DNA from: a bacterium | GTDB taxonomy: Bacteria; Elusimicrobiota; Elusimicrobia; Elusimicrobiales; UBA9959 | Direction of reading: 5' to 3' | DNA: 64,000 nucleotides | Assembly: GCA_021811405.1 (NCBI GenBank) | Contig: JAJZOZ010000001.1 | Coordinates: 5,103 to 69,102 of the forward strand | In this document: positions 1 to 8,511 of the stretch, in pieces | How the letters are laid out: every line of letters begins with the position of its first letter | Numbering within the stretch: position 1 is the stretch's first letter | Position numbers and translations under genes: made by a program | The notes under the pieces: model-generated | What the model was told of the DNA's origin: nothing | The model's database searches: none | What the model saw: the letters and a program-made list of their open reading frames with translations, nothing else

Positions 1-662
1 TGGCTATTCTCCTGCTCTCTGCCTGTTCGGCCGGTCCCGCGGCGCTGCGCCGGGGCGGGGACGCCTACCCGGACTTCTCCGCCATGAGGGCCGCCTATGC
101 CGAGGGCGCGGATTATTCCCGCGAGGTCTACCCGCGCGGCTCCGCGGTCTCCGTGTTCGCGATGCACGGCGGGGACATCGAGGATTCCACCGCCAGGGTG
201 GCCCGCCGGATAGCCGGCAAGGACTTCAACCTGTACGTGTTCAGCGGCTGGCTGGGGCCGGACAGCTCCCGCATGCACGTGACCTCCACCCATTTCGACG
301 ACCCGGACGCGGTGCTGCTGGCCACCTCCTCCGTGCTGGGCATCTCCGTGCACGCCGAGGCCGACAGCGGGGCGCGGGTCTGCGTGGGAGGCTCCAACCG
401 CCTGGCCGCCGGCCTGGTCACGAGGCGCCTGCAGGAGGCGGGCTTCGCTGCGGAAACGCCGTGCGAGCGGCTGCCCGGCACTTCGCCGAAGAACCTGGTG
501 AACCTGCCGTCCTCGGGCGGGGTGCAGCTCGAGCTGACCCTGCGCCTGCTGGGCAGGCTGGAGAGGGACCGGGAGGCGCTGGCCGCCTTCAGCGGCGCCG
601 TGAGGATGGCCGCGTCCGAATTCGTCAGTTCAGAGAGCAAGTCTACCGGAGAGAACAAATGA
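1..662 (+). CDS. Poly-gamma-glutamate hydrolase family protein (PghP/YjqB-like), probable lipoprotein. The 5' end probably lies at or beyond the window edge.
   Basis: The reading frame is open from nt 3 and encodes AILLLSACS, a lipobox-like signal end, upstream of the listed ATG at 84. Family-typical motifs are present: AMHGGDIEDST (HGGxIExGT), ISVHAE..VCVGGSN and GGVQLELT. GC3 is high. Confidence 0.7.
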   Translation, partial: AILLLSACSAGPAALRRGGDAYPDFSAMRAAYAEGADYSREVYPRGSAVSVFAMHGGDIEDSTARVARRIAGKDFNLYVFSGWLGPDSSRMHVTSTHFDDPDAVLLATSSVLGISVHAEADSGARVCVGGSNRLAAGLVTRRLQEAGFAAETPCERLPGTSPKNLVNLPSSGGVQLELTLRLLGRLERDREALAAFSGAVRMAASEFVSSESKSTGENK

Positions 663-1759
663 AAAAGATCAGGATATTCGCTTTCGGCGGGAACGAGGTG
701 GCCCCGGTGGGCCTCAAGGACAAGGACGGCAAGACCATCAACCCCGACATAGCCATGCAGTGGCAGCGCACGGCCGAGACCGCGGCGCTCGTGGCCGACA
801 TCTTCAAGGCGCACCCGGAGGACAAGTACGTCATCACCCACGGCAACGGCCCTCAGGTGGGCAACATCATCCAGCGCGCCGAGATGTGCCGGCCCCAGCT
901 CTTCCCGCTGCCGCTGGACGTCTGCGTGGCCGACACGCAGGGCGCTATGTCCTACATGATGGCGCAGCTCAACAACGTGCTGAACATCCGCGGCATAGAC
1001 AACATCGTCGCCGGCGTGGTGACGCAGGTGGTGGTGGACAAGGACGACCCGGACTTCAAGAACCCGTCCAAGTACATCGGCCAGTCCTATACCGCCGAGG
1101 AGGCCAGGCAGCGCATGTCCGAGGGCTGGCAGATGAAGATGTACAAGAAGGACGCCGCCGGCAACGAGATCTGGCGCCGCGTCGTGCCCTCTCCCGCCCC
1201 CATCGACATAGTGGAGATAGACGCTATAGAGGCCCTGCTCGACAAGGGCATAGTGCCGATCACCGTGGGCGGCGGCGGCATCCCGGTACGCGAGGTGCCG
1301 GCCGAGGTAAAGGACGGCAAGGAGACCTACACCACCAATTTCGGCGTGAAGTTCTCCAAGCCGCACAAGGGCGGCAGGCCGCTAAAGATGTACACCGGCG
1401 TCGAGGCCGTCATAGACAAGGACCTGGCCAGCGCGCTGCTGGGCTGCATGCTGATGAAGCGCGCCAAGGCCCGCGGCGAAAAGGTGGAGGTCAGCCTCAC
1501 CATCTTCACCGGGGAGGACGGCGCCAAGCTGAACTACCAGAAGCCCGACGAGAAGGCGCTGCGCGTCATCAAGGTCAGCGAGCTCGAGGCCATCTACAAC
1601 CAGAAGCCGGCCCCGTTCCCCGCCGGCTCGATGGGGCCCAAGATCAAGGCCGTGATAGAGTTCATCAAGAACGGCGGCTCGGTGGCTTACATAGCCAAGA
1701 CAGAGCTGTTCGAGGCTACGCTCGAGGGCAAGGCCGGCACCACGGTGCTGCCGGGCTGA
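659..1759 (+). CDS. arcC: Carbamate kinase-like protein (366 aa, longer than typical ~310-aa enzymes)
   Basis: ATG at 659 starts MKKIRIFAFGGNEV. The hallmark motif HGNGPQVGN is present and the C-terminal end is GTTV. The 4-nt ATGA overlap with the upstream stop suggests translational coupling. Confidence 0.75.
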   Translation: MKKIRIFAFGGNEVAPVGLKDKDGKTINPDIAMQWQRTAETAALVADIFKAHPEDKYVITHGNGPQVGNIIQRAEMCRPQLFPLPLDVCVADTQGAMSYMMAQLNNVLNIRGIDNIVAGVVTQVVVDKDDPDFKNPSKYIGQSYTAEEARQRMSEGWQMKMYKKDAAGNEIWRRVVPSPAPIDIVEIDAIEALLDKGIVPITVGGGGIPVREVPAEVKDGKETYTTNFGVKFSKPHKGGRPLKMYTGVEAVIDKDLASALLGCMLMKRAKARGEKVEVSLTIFTGEDGAKLNYQKPDEKALRVIKVSELEAIYNQKPAPFPAGSMGPKIKAVIEFIKNGGSVAYIAKTELFEATLEGKAGTTVLPG

Positions 1760-1808
1760 GGAAATGAGGGATAAAGAGGGGGGGGCCGGCCAGGACCGGT
1801 ACGTCGAC

Positions 1809-2219
1809 ATGAGGCAGCTGCGGAAGTTCGTGCTGTACCCGCTCGCCGCGTTGTCCGGGGCCTATGTTCTCTATATCTGGCTCGGCCCCGCGCTGACCGG
1901 CGCCCGCATCTCCCTGGACCGGTATTCGGACCTCTCCCCCCTGGTCAGGCAGGCGAGGGAGGACTCTTTCACTTACGGGCAGGCTGCAGCTTACGGGGAC
2001 TCGCTGGCCGGGAAATACGCTATCTGGTGCGTGCAGAACAGGGAGGAGTGGAACGTGACCGTGGACGGCGATCCAGGGAAGCGCCTGAACGTGTCCAATT
2101 ATCCCGCCATGCCCGTGTACACGGGCAATAAGCACCAGGCCTGCGTGCCGATGCTGCTGCTGCTGGAAAAGTCCGGGACGGACGCCAGGGTGCGGGTTTT
2201 CTTTAAAGAGGCGCTATAA
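1809..2219 (+). CDS. Hypothetical membrane-anchored protein
   Basis: ORF with strong GC3 bias. There is one N-terminal hydrophobic segment (FVLYPLAALSGAYVLYIWLGPAL). I recognised no family. The start is uncertain (ATG 1764 or 1809). Confidence 0.45.
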   Translation: MRQLRKFVLYPLAALSGAYVLYIWLGPALTGARISLDRYSDLSPLVRQAREDSFTYGQAAAYGDSLAGKYAIWCVQNREEWNVTVDGDPGKRLNVSNYPAMPVYTGNKHQACVPMLLLLEKSGTDARVRVFFKEAL

Positions 2220-2222
2220 ACA

Positions 2223-3461
2223 ATGAAAAAGATAAAGACACTGCAGTGCATCAGGTGCGGAAAGGACCACAAGCTCGACGAGACCAAGTACAACTGTACA
2301 GCCTGCGGCGGCAACCTGCAGGTGCTCTACGACTATAACCTGATAAAGAAGCGGATGAATTTCGAGGAGCTCAGCGAGAACCAGGACCGCAGCATCTGGC
2401 GCTACCTGGACATACTGCCCGTCAGCAGCCTGAAGGACACGCCGCCGGTGCAGGTCGGCTGGACGCCGCTGTACCGGGCCGAGAAGATGGGCGACGAGAT
2501 AGGCGTGCCCAACCTCTACGTCAAGGACGACGGCCGCAACCCCAGCGCCTCGTTCAAGGACAGGGCCAGCGCCGTAGTGACCGCCCGGGCTATAGAACTG
2601 GAGGAAAAGGTCGTGACCTGCGCCTCCACCGGCAACGCGGCCTCGTCGCTGGCCTGCATGACCGGCAGCCTGGACATGAAGACGGTCATCTTCGTCCCGG
2701 AGACGGCGCCAGCCCCCAAGGTGGCCCAGCTGCTGGTCTACGGCGCGGCGGTCATCATGGTGAAGGGCACCTACGACGACGCTTTCGAACTGTGCCTGAA
2801 GGCCTCGCAGGAGTACGGCTGGTACAACCGCAGCACCGGCATCAACCCGTTCACGCGCGAGGGCAAGAAGACCTGCGCTTTCGAGATCTGCGAGCAGCTG
2901 GACTGGGAGACCCCGGACAAGGTGTTCGTGCCGGTGGGCGACGGCAACATCATCAGCGGCATCTGGAAGGGCTTCGTGGAGTTCCACCGCCTCGGCTTCA
3001 TAGACCGCCTGCCGCAGCTGGTCGCCGTGCAGGCCGAGAAGTCGGACGCGGTAAAGCGCGCCTTCGAGACCGGCGGGGATATCCAGCCCGTGAGCGGCCA
3101 GACCGTGGCCGACAGCATCTCCGTCAGCCTCCCGCGCGACGGCCTGGCCGCCGTGATGGCCGTGCGCGATTCGAAGGGCTTCGCCCTGAGCGTCACCGAC
3201 AACGAGATCCTGTCGGCCATCCCCGCGATAGCGCGCGGCTCCAACGTCTTCGCCGAGCCCGCGGCCGCGGCCACCTACGCCGGCCTGCTCAAGGCCGTGA
3301 GGGAGGAGAAGGTTAAGGAGAACGAGTCCGTGGTGCTGCTGGTGACCGGCAACGGCCTGAAGGACGTGCAGAGCGCGATGAAGTCCGTAGGCAAGCCCAT
3401 AGTCATTAAGCCGGAGCTGGCTGAGCTCAAGAAGGTGGTGGCGGACAACAAGCTGGTCTGA
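2223..3461 (+). CDS. thrC: Threonine synthase
   Basis: N-terminal zinc-ribbon-like motif CIRCG..CTACGG. PLP-lysine motif SFKDRAS. Overall length is 412 aa. A strong terminator follows. Confidence 0.85.
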   Translation: MKKIKTLQCIRCGKDHKLDETKYNCTACGGNLQVLYDYNLIKKRMNFEELSENQDRSIWRYLDILPVSSLKDTPPVQVGWTPLYRAEKMGDEIGVPNLYVKDDGRNPSASFKDRASAVVTARAIELEEKVVTCASTGNAASSLACMTGSLDMKTVIFVPETAPAPKVAQLLVYGAAVIMVKGTYDDAFELCLKASQEYGWYNRSTGINPFTREGKKTCAFEICEQLDWETPDKVFVPVGDGNIISGIWKGFVEFHRLGFIDRLPQLVAVQAEKSDAVKRAFETGGDIQPVSGQTVADSISVSLPRDGLAAVMAVRDSKGFALSVTDNEILSAIPAIARGSNVFAEPAAAATYAGLLKAVREEKVKENESVVLLVTGNGLKDVQSAMKSVGKPIVIKPELAELKKVVADNKLV

Positions 3462-3481
3462 AGTCCGCAGCAGTAATAAGG

Positions 3482-3512
3482 AAAGGGCCGCCGCCGGCGG
3501 CCCTTTGCTTTT
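3482..3512 (+). terminator. Rho-independent terminator after thrC
   Basis: Perfect 11-bp stem AAAGGGCCGCC / GGCGGCCCTTT with loop GCC, followed by GCTTTT. Confidence 0.8.
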
Positions 3513-3659
3513 CCCGCGGGCGGGGACAAGAGGCCCAGCGGGGCCTGGGCCTAAATAGGCCGCTTTCCTGGTACCAAAGCCTCTTATGGGGCCGTGCGGC
3601 AAGTGGTAGACTCTGAGTGATGAGTCGCGTTCCAACGGTATAAATGGAGGTCGTCCCGC

Positions 3660-4703
3660 ATGACTAACAAGATAGTCGCAGCACTCGCCTGCCTCGGCTT
3701 TGCCGCCTCGGCCGGCGCAGAAGTGAACTTCGATCAGAACATCGACGTCAAGAGCGTGGTAGAACAGGCCAAGAGCGTCGACGTGAAAGCCCCTTACCCG
3801 TATTACGGCCCCCACCGCGTGCGCTACAGCAGGGAATGCAGGAACTTCGGCTTCGGGGCCAGCCCCTTCGCCCAGTCTTCGGGACGGGAATTCATCAGCA
3901 GCACCGAATATATAGAGGACTGCCGGTTCATCCCCGCTCCTCCTAATCCTCCGCTCCCGCCGCCCCCGCCGCGGCCGAAGAAGACCAAGACCGCTGCGGA
4001 GAAGGACTACTACCCCGGCCAGCCCGGTTACCCTGGCTATAACGGCAACGACTACGGCCCGAACGGCGACTACACTTACCCCGGCAACTTCGGCGGGCAA
4101 CAGGGCCAGTGGTACTGCCGCGAGCGCATTGGGCAGGTCTTCCGCGCCAGCGCGCAGGTCAACCTGGCCCCCAGGCAGCTCTATCCCTGGGAGAGCGAGT
4201 CGTTCGCGGTCTGCATGGAGGGTCAGCGCGTGGACTTCGAGACCCGCAACTCCCCCTACAGCTACTCGGTGGACAGGCAGGGCCTCTACGACCTCACCTT
4301 CAACCTGACCCCCAACTACCGCAGGCCCACGCCTCCTGACGCCTCGGGCCTCAACCTCGCCGGCTTCGCGTTCCGCGACGGCAAGTTCGTGATGGCCATC
4401 GGCGACAGGTGGGCGGCCGAGTACGCCGGCGAGAAGGTGGAGATCCAGGTGGAGCTGATGAAGGACGGCTTCCTGTTCTTCAACAGCAGCAAGGGCAAGA
4501 AGACCTTCACGCTGGACACCGCCTCCAGCTACGAGCTCGCCTTCAACGAGGGCGACCTCACGAAGGACAAGGACTTCGTGGACGATTCCGGCGACGTGCG
4601 CGGCCCCAAGAAGTTCTACGTGAAGTGGGGCTTCCGCCGCATCGGCAGCGTCTCCACCAACGACTACATCAAGAAGGGCGACACCGACAAGATAACGCAG
4701 TAA
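3660..4703 (+). CDS. Secreted hypothetical protein with proline-rich linker
   Basis: RBS GGAGG lies 8-12 nt upstream. Signal peptide MTNKIVAALACLGFAASAGA. Contains the run PAPPNPPLPPPPPRPKK. No family recognised. Confidence 0.6.
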   Translation: MTNKIVAALACLGFAASAGAEVNFDQNIDVKSVVEQAKSVDVKAPYPYYGPHRVRYSRECRNFGFGASPFAQSSGREFISSTEYIEDCRFIPAPPNPPLPPPPPRPKKTKTAAEKDYYPGQPGYPGYNGNDYGPNGDYTYPGNFGGQQGQWYCRERIGQVFRASAQVNLAPRQLYPWESESFAVCMEGQRVDFETRNSPYSYSVDRQGLYDLTFNLTPNYRRPTPPDASGLNLAGFAFRDGKFVMAIGDRWAAEYAGEKVEIQVELMKDGFLFFNSSKGKKTFTLDTASSYELAFNEGDLTKDKDFVDDSGDVRGPKKFYVKWGFRRIGSVSTNDYIKKGDTDKITQ

Positions 4704-4722
4704 CGGCACGGCCCTGAAAGAG

Positions 4723-4761
4723 GTCCCCCGCGCGAGCCTGCGCGGGGGACTTTCTTTTTTT
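4723..4761 (+). terminator. Rho-independent terminator
   Basis: Stem GTCCCCCGCGC, loop gagcct, stem GCGCGGGGGAC, followed by TTTCTTTTTTT. Confidence 0.85.
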
Positions 4762-4773
4762 CCGCGGTAAATG

Positions 4774-4804
4774 AAGGACCCGCCGGCGTTAACGGCGGGC
4801 CCTT
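4774..4804 (-). terminator. Probable terminator for the convergent histidine kinase gene
   Basis: 12-bp stem with one mismatch (AAGGACCCGCCG / CGGCGGGCCCTT) and a 7-nt loop. It lies just downstream of the minus-strand stop at 4823. The T-tract on the minus strand is weak. Confidence 0.5.
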
Positions 4805-4822
4805 GCATTCCCTGCGCGGCCG

Positions 4823-6391
4823 TCAGGCCGGGAGGGCTATGGTTATGGCGGAGCCTTTCTGCAGCTGGGACTTGGCGAAGATGCGGCCGCCGTGGGCTTC
4901 CGCTATCTTCTTGGCGTAGGCCAGGCCCAGGCCCCAGCCCTCCACCTGGCCGGTGAAGGAGGCCTCCACCTGGTAGAACTTCTGGAAGATGTTCTCGAGC
5001 TCTTCCCCGGGGATGCCGGGGCCGTTGTCGCCCACCGAGATCAGCGCGTAGCCGTCCCTGGACTGGGCCGAGAGGATGACCAGCTTGTCCTTGGCCTGGT
5101 TGAACTTCACGGCGTTGTCTATCATGCCCTTGATGGCCGAGCCCAGCAGCTTGCGGTCGGCCTTTATGGTGACCGGCTCGGGAACCGCTATCTTTATGCT
5201 GACACCGGGGATCTCCTTGAGCCAGGCCTTGGCGCCCTCGGCGGCCTCGGTGAGGAACTCCGCGGCGTCGAACTCTATCCTGTTCAGCGCGGGCTGGTCC
5301 AGGTCCTCGGCCATCACGAAATTGAGCAGGCTCTCCACCAGGCGGTTCAGCTTCTGGCCCTGCGAGTTTATGGTGACGGCGGCCTTCTTGACCATTTCGG
5401 GCACCGCGGAGTTCTTCTCCGACTCGTCGCGCAGGATCTGCGCGAAGCCGTTGATGGAGGCCAGCGGGGTCTTAAGCTTGTGCGAGACCAGCGACAGGAA
5501 GTTGCGGGCCATCAGCTCTTCCAGCTTGCGGGCCGTGACGTCGGTGAACACCCAGAGCGTTCCTTCCGGAACCTCGCTGCCGTCCGGGTTCTCCTTGAAG
5601 AGCTTTATGGCCGAGGCGTCCATGAAGAACTTCTTGGGCTTGGCCCGGAAGAGCTCGAAGCGGCAGTGCTGGTCGGAGCAGGACAGCACGCTGTCCAGCT
5701 CCGGCTTGACCTCGAAATCGGCGAAGGCGTTCTTGACGTTGGTGAACTTGTACTTCTCGTGCTCCAGGTAGGTCTTCGCGGCGCTGTTGATCAGGATGAT
5801 CTCCCCGTCGGTGTCGGTGAGTATCGCGCCTTCCTTGATGCGCTTGAAGACTATTTCCAGCTTGCGCTTCTCCTCCTTGACCGTGGAGAAGAGCCTGGAG
5901 TTCTCTATGGCTATGGCCGCCTGGCTGGCGAAGGCCTCGAAATTGTTGCGGTCGGTGTCGGAGAACTCGCCGTCGATGCGGTTGATGGCCTGCACCACGC
6001 CTATCACCTTGCCCTTGATGATCATCGGGCAGGTCAGCAGGGACTTGGTCTGGAAGCCGCTCCTGGAGTCCGCCTTCTTGGAGTGGCGCGGGTCGTTGGC
6101 CGTGTCGTTGATGATGATGGAGCGGCCTTCCTTGGCGCAGGTGCCGGCTATGCCCTCGCCCAGCTTGAAGCGCATCTTCTGCACGTCCTCGGGCAGGCCG
6201 AGGGCCACGTCGAAATAGAGCTCCTGCGCTTTCTCGTCGAGCAGGTACAGCGAGGCGCGCTCCGCCCCGACCACGCGGGAAGCCAGGCGCATGATGGTGG
6301 TGAGCAGCTCGGAGATGTCCAGCTTCGAGGAGAGAAGCCGGCTGACCATCACCAGCATTTCAAGGCTTTCTTGCGATTGCGTTACCATCAT
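4823..6391 (-). CDS. GAF-PAS sensor histidine kinase (cytoplasmic)
   Basis: N-terminal GAF-like region (ERASLYLLDEK..GIAGTCAKEG). H-box FLSLVSHKLKTPL. N/G boxes DNAVKF and GDNGPGIP..GWGLGLAY. Confidence 0.8.
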   Translation of the reverse strand: MMVTQSQESLEMLVMVSRLLSSKLDISELLTTIMRLASRVVGAERASLYLLDEKAQELYFDVALGLPEDVQKMRFKLGEGIAGTCAKEGRSIIINDTANDPRHSKKADSRSGFQTKSLLTCPMIIKGKVIGVVQAINRIDGEFSDTDRNNFEAFASQAAIAIENSRLFSTVKEEKRKLEIVFKRIKEGAILTDTDGEIILINSAAKTYLEHEKYKFTNVKNAFADFEVKPELDSVLSCSDQHCRFELFRAKPKKFFMDASAIKLFKENPDGSEVPEGTLWVFTDVTARKLEELMARNFLSLVSHKLKTPLASINGFAQILRDESEKNSAVPEMVKKAAVTINSQGQKLNRLVESLLNFVMAEDLDQPALNRIEFDAAEFLTEAAEGAKAWLKEIPGVSIKIAVPEPVTIKADRKLLGSAIKGMIDNAVKFNQAKDKLVILSAQSRDGYALISVGDNGPGIPGEELENIFQKFYQVEASFTGQVEGWGLGLAYAKKIAEAHGGRIFAKSQLQKGSAITIALPA

Positions 6392-6402
6392 CTTGTCGGT
6401 TC

Positions 6403-7266
6403 CTAGAAGAAAAGCTGCACCAGCACCTTGTAGTAGCTCTTCGCGGGCGCGTTCTCTTCCTTGTAGGCGTCGTAAGCCAGGTCGAGCGTGCTGCGCTCGT
6501 TGAGGTTCATCTTGATGCCGCCTATCAGCGAGCCGGCCTTGCCTTCGCTCCTGAACGATATTTTACTATATCCCGCGTAAATATGGCTGTCGAAATCCGG
6601 CCGCATATTACGGGCGATCTGGGCCGAAAGCGCCCATTCCGGTATGGCCGTGACCTGGCGGAACACCCCGAGGTAGGCCAGCTCGGCCTGGTCCAGCGCC
6701 GGCTTGACCAGGTTGGCGTTGGACGCGCCGCCGCCCGGCTTCCGGAAGCCGGCCGCGGAGGCCAGGAAGTAGAACTGGCCGTAGAAGGACTTCTCCACCT
6801 GCAGTTCGCCGGCGGCCTGGGAGAACTCCTTGCGGTCCGGCGCGCCGGTCCCGGCCAGGAAGGCCTTCTGCCTGGCCCAGGCGCCGGAGAGTATCAGGTG
6901 GGCGTAGCTCTCGTCATCGGCCTCCTGCAGGGAGGTCAGCAGGTACAGCTTGCCCCCGTACGCGCCGGAGCGGGTATAGGAGGAGACCGGGTACAGGAAA
7001 GGCTTCAGCGAGACGAAATAGTTCCTGCCGGAGTACATCAGCGGGACCCGGAAAGAATAGACCCTCTCCCGGTAAGCGGCCGTGTCCTTGTAGAAGGAGA
7101 GGTTCAGCCCAGAGGAGAACGGGCTTTTTCCCTTGACGAAGGCCGTAAGCGAGTTCTTCTTGAGCCCGTTGGAACCGAAGGCGTAGTCGTTCTCCAGCCA
7201 CCAGGCGGCGGAGGCCTGGGCGGCCGCGGCGGCGGATATCAGCAGGGCCAGCAGGAGTCGCTTCAT
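6403..7266 (-). CDS. Outer-membrane beta-barrel protein, hypothetical
   Basis: Signal peptide MKRLLLALLISAAAAAQASA. Alternating amphipathic segments. C-terminal VLVQLFF (terminal Phe). Lies 11 nt upstream of the kinase gene on the same strand. Confidence 0.6.
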   Translation of the reverse strand: MKRLLLALLISAAAAAQASAAWWLENDYAFGSNGLKKNSLTAFVKGKSPFSSGLNLSFYKDTAAYRERVYSFRVPLMYSGRNYFVSLKPFLYPVSSYTRSGAYGGKLYLLTSLQEADDESYAHLILSGAWARQKAFLAGTGAPDRKEFSQAAGELQVEKSFYGQFYFLASAAGFRKPGGGASNANLVKPALDQAELAYLGVFRQVTAIPEWALSAQIARNMRPDFDSHIYAGYSKISFRSEGKAGSLIGGIKMNLNERSTLDLAYDAYKEENAPAKSYYKVLVQLFF

Positions 7267-7302
7267 CGTTTACATTATATATTAAAACGCCCGAAACATC
7301 GC

Positions 7303-7347
7303 GCGAAAATAAAAAGGCCTCCCGCGGTTTCCCGGGGGAGGCCTTTT
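7303..7347 (-). terminator. Rho-independent terminator after the repeat-protein gene
   Basis: Perfect 12-bp arms AAAAGGCCTCCC / GGGAGGCCTTTT. On the minus strand the hairpin is followed by TTTTTATTTT. Confidence 0.75.
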
Positions 7348-7360
7348 CGCTTGCCGGGCG

Positions 7361-8320
7361 TCAGGCCTGCTCGCCGACGAAGAGGAAGAAGTACTGCAGG
7401 AAGTCGTACAGGTCGCAGTTGACCAGGGTAATGTCGACCGGGCTGCGGTCCATGCCGCCCGTGATGCGGCCGCTGATCTTGTCGTAGGTCAGCTCCACCG
7501 GCGCGCGGTTGGCGTAGCCGGTCACGGTCACGGTCTTCGCGTCGGCGTTGCCCTCGTCCATGTTGAACTCCAGCTTCAGCGGGGCGTGGTTGGAATAGCC
7601 TTCCAGCAGGCCGTTCTTCCAGTTGACGGTATAGTGCACGGGGCTGTGGTTGGCGCCGCCGTCCACGGTGACCTCCTCCGGGCTCCAGCTGAACTTCAGG
7701 TCTACGGGGGAGTGGTTGGCGCCGCCCTTGATGGTCATGGCGTCATTGTCTATCTTTACGTCCACCGGGCTGAGGTTGATGCCGCCGGTGATGGTCCAGT
7801 TGACCTTGTCGATCTTCACGTCGACCGGGCTGTGGTTCATGCCGCCGGTGATCGAGCCCTGCTTTACGGCGTAGGAGGAGCGGCTCTTGTTGCCGAGGCC
7901 GAAGATGTCGTCGTAGACCTTCCGGCTCACCTTCACCTCGGTAATGTAGTAGTAGCGGGCCAGCCCGACCGCGCGGTCCGCCGCGTTCTGGCCGCTGACG
8001 TCCGCGAGCACCATGTAGCCGCCCAGGCCGTCCTGGTAGGCCTTGACCTTGAAGCCCGCTCCGGCGAGTTCGGAAAGGACTTTGTCGATGTCCTGGCGGC
8101 GCCCGACCATGCCGATGACGGCGTCGTTCATGTCGGACGAGGTATTGACCGAAATCTTACGCAGGGTGTTCCACTGGTTGGATTTGGGCGCCGCCGGGGT
8201 CGGTATTTCCAGGGCCGCCGGGGTAAGGCCGATGTCGCTGAGGGCTTTGTTCTCGGCCGCGCCTGCGGCGGTGAAGGCTGCGGCGATGATGGCGAGGGCT
8301 ATATAAGGGGCTTTCTTCAT
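7361..8320 (-). CDS. Exported protein with seven ~20-aa GG-x-N-H-S-P-V-D tandem repeats
   Basis: Start chosen at ATG 8320 (MKKAPYIALAIIAAAFTAAGA signal peptide, RBS GGAGG upstream) rather than the track start at 8467. The C-terminal half holds repeats such as GGMNHSPVDVKID, GGINLSPVDVKID, GGANHSPVDLKF, GGANHSPVHYTV, YSNHAPLKLEF, YANRAPVELTY and GGMDRSPVDITL. Confidence 0.65.
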   Translation of the reverse strand: MKKAPYIALAIIAAAFTAAGAAENKALSDIGLTPAALEIPTPAAPKSNQWNTLRKISVNTSSDMNDAVIGMVGRRQDIDKVLSELAGAGFKVKAYQDGLGGYMVLADVSGQNAADRAVGLARYYYITEVKVSRKVYDDIFGLGNKSRSSYAVKQGSITGGMNHSPVDVKIDKVNWTITGGINLSPVDVKIDNDAMTIKGGANHSPVDLKFSWSPEEVTVDGGANHSPVHYTVNWKNGLLEGYSNHAPLKLEFNMDEGNADAKTVTVTGYANRAPVELTYDKISGRITGGMDRSPVDITLVNCDLYDFLQYFFLFVGEQA

Positions 8321-8455
8321 TTGTCCTCCGGTTATACGTATATTCTGGCAGAATACGGCCGTGCGCGCAAAAGTCCGGGGACCCCTCTTCCGGCCGTTTT
8401 TTGGCCCACAGGAGATGGACCTTTGGGCCCAGGGGCGGCCTGGGCCTTGCCCCCC

Positions 8456-8484
8456 TTGACTAGTCAAGCGTACCCTGCTATCCT
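8456..8484 (+). promoter_or_regulatory. Sigma-70-type promoter for the C11 peptidase gene
   Basis: TTGACT-N17-TATCCT, 27 nt upstream of ATG 8512. The -35 box sits inside the perfect palindrome CTTGACTAGTCAAG (8455-8468). Confidence 0.55.
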
Positions 8485-8511
8485 ATTTGGCGTAGCGACC
8501 GGAGGAAATTT

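Noticed and set aside
2214-4808. Very long antisense ORF (864 aa, minus strand). Similar giant ORFs: 8539-11313 (-), 47648-50290 (-), 28675-30702 (+), 56817-58574 (-), 32963-34777 (-), 25231-26436 (-).
   Set aside because: - Each lies opposite or out of frame to genes with clear family motifs.
- Their translations are Arg/Gly/Ala/Val/His-rich low-complexity strings with no signal, motif or RBS.
- They are the expected stop-codon-poor shadow frames of a GC-rich genome.
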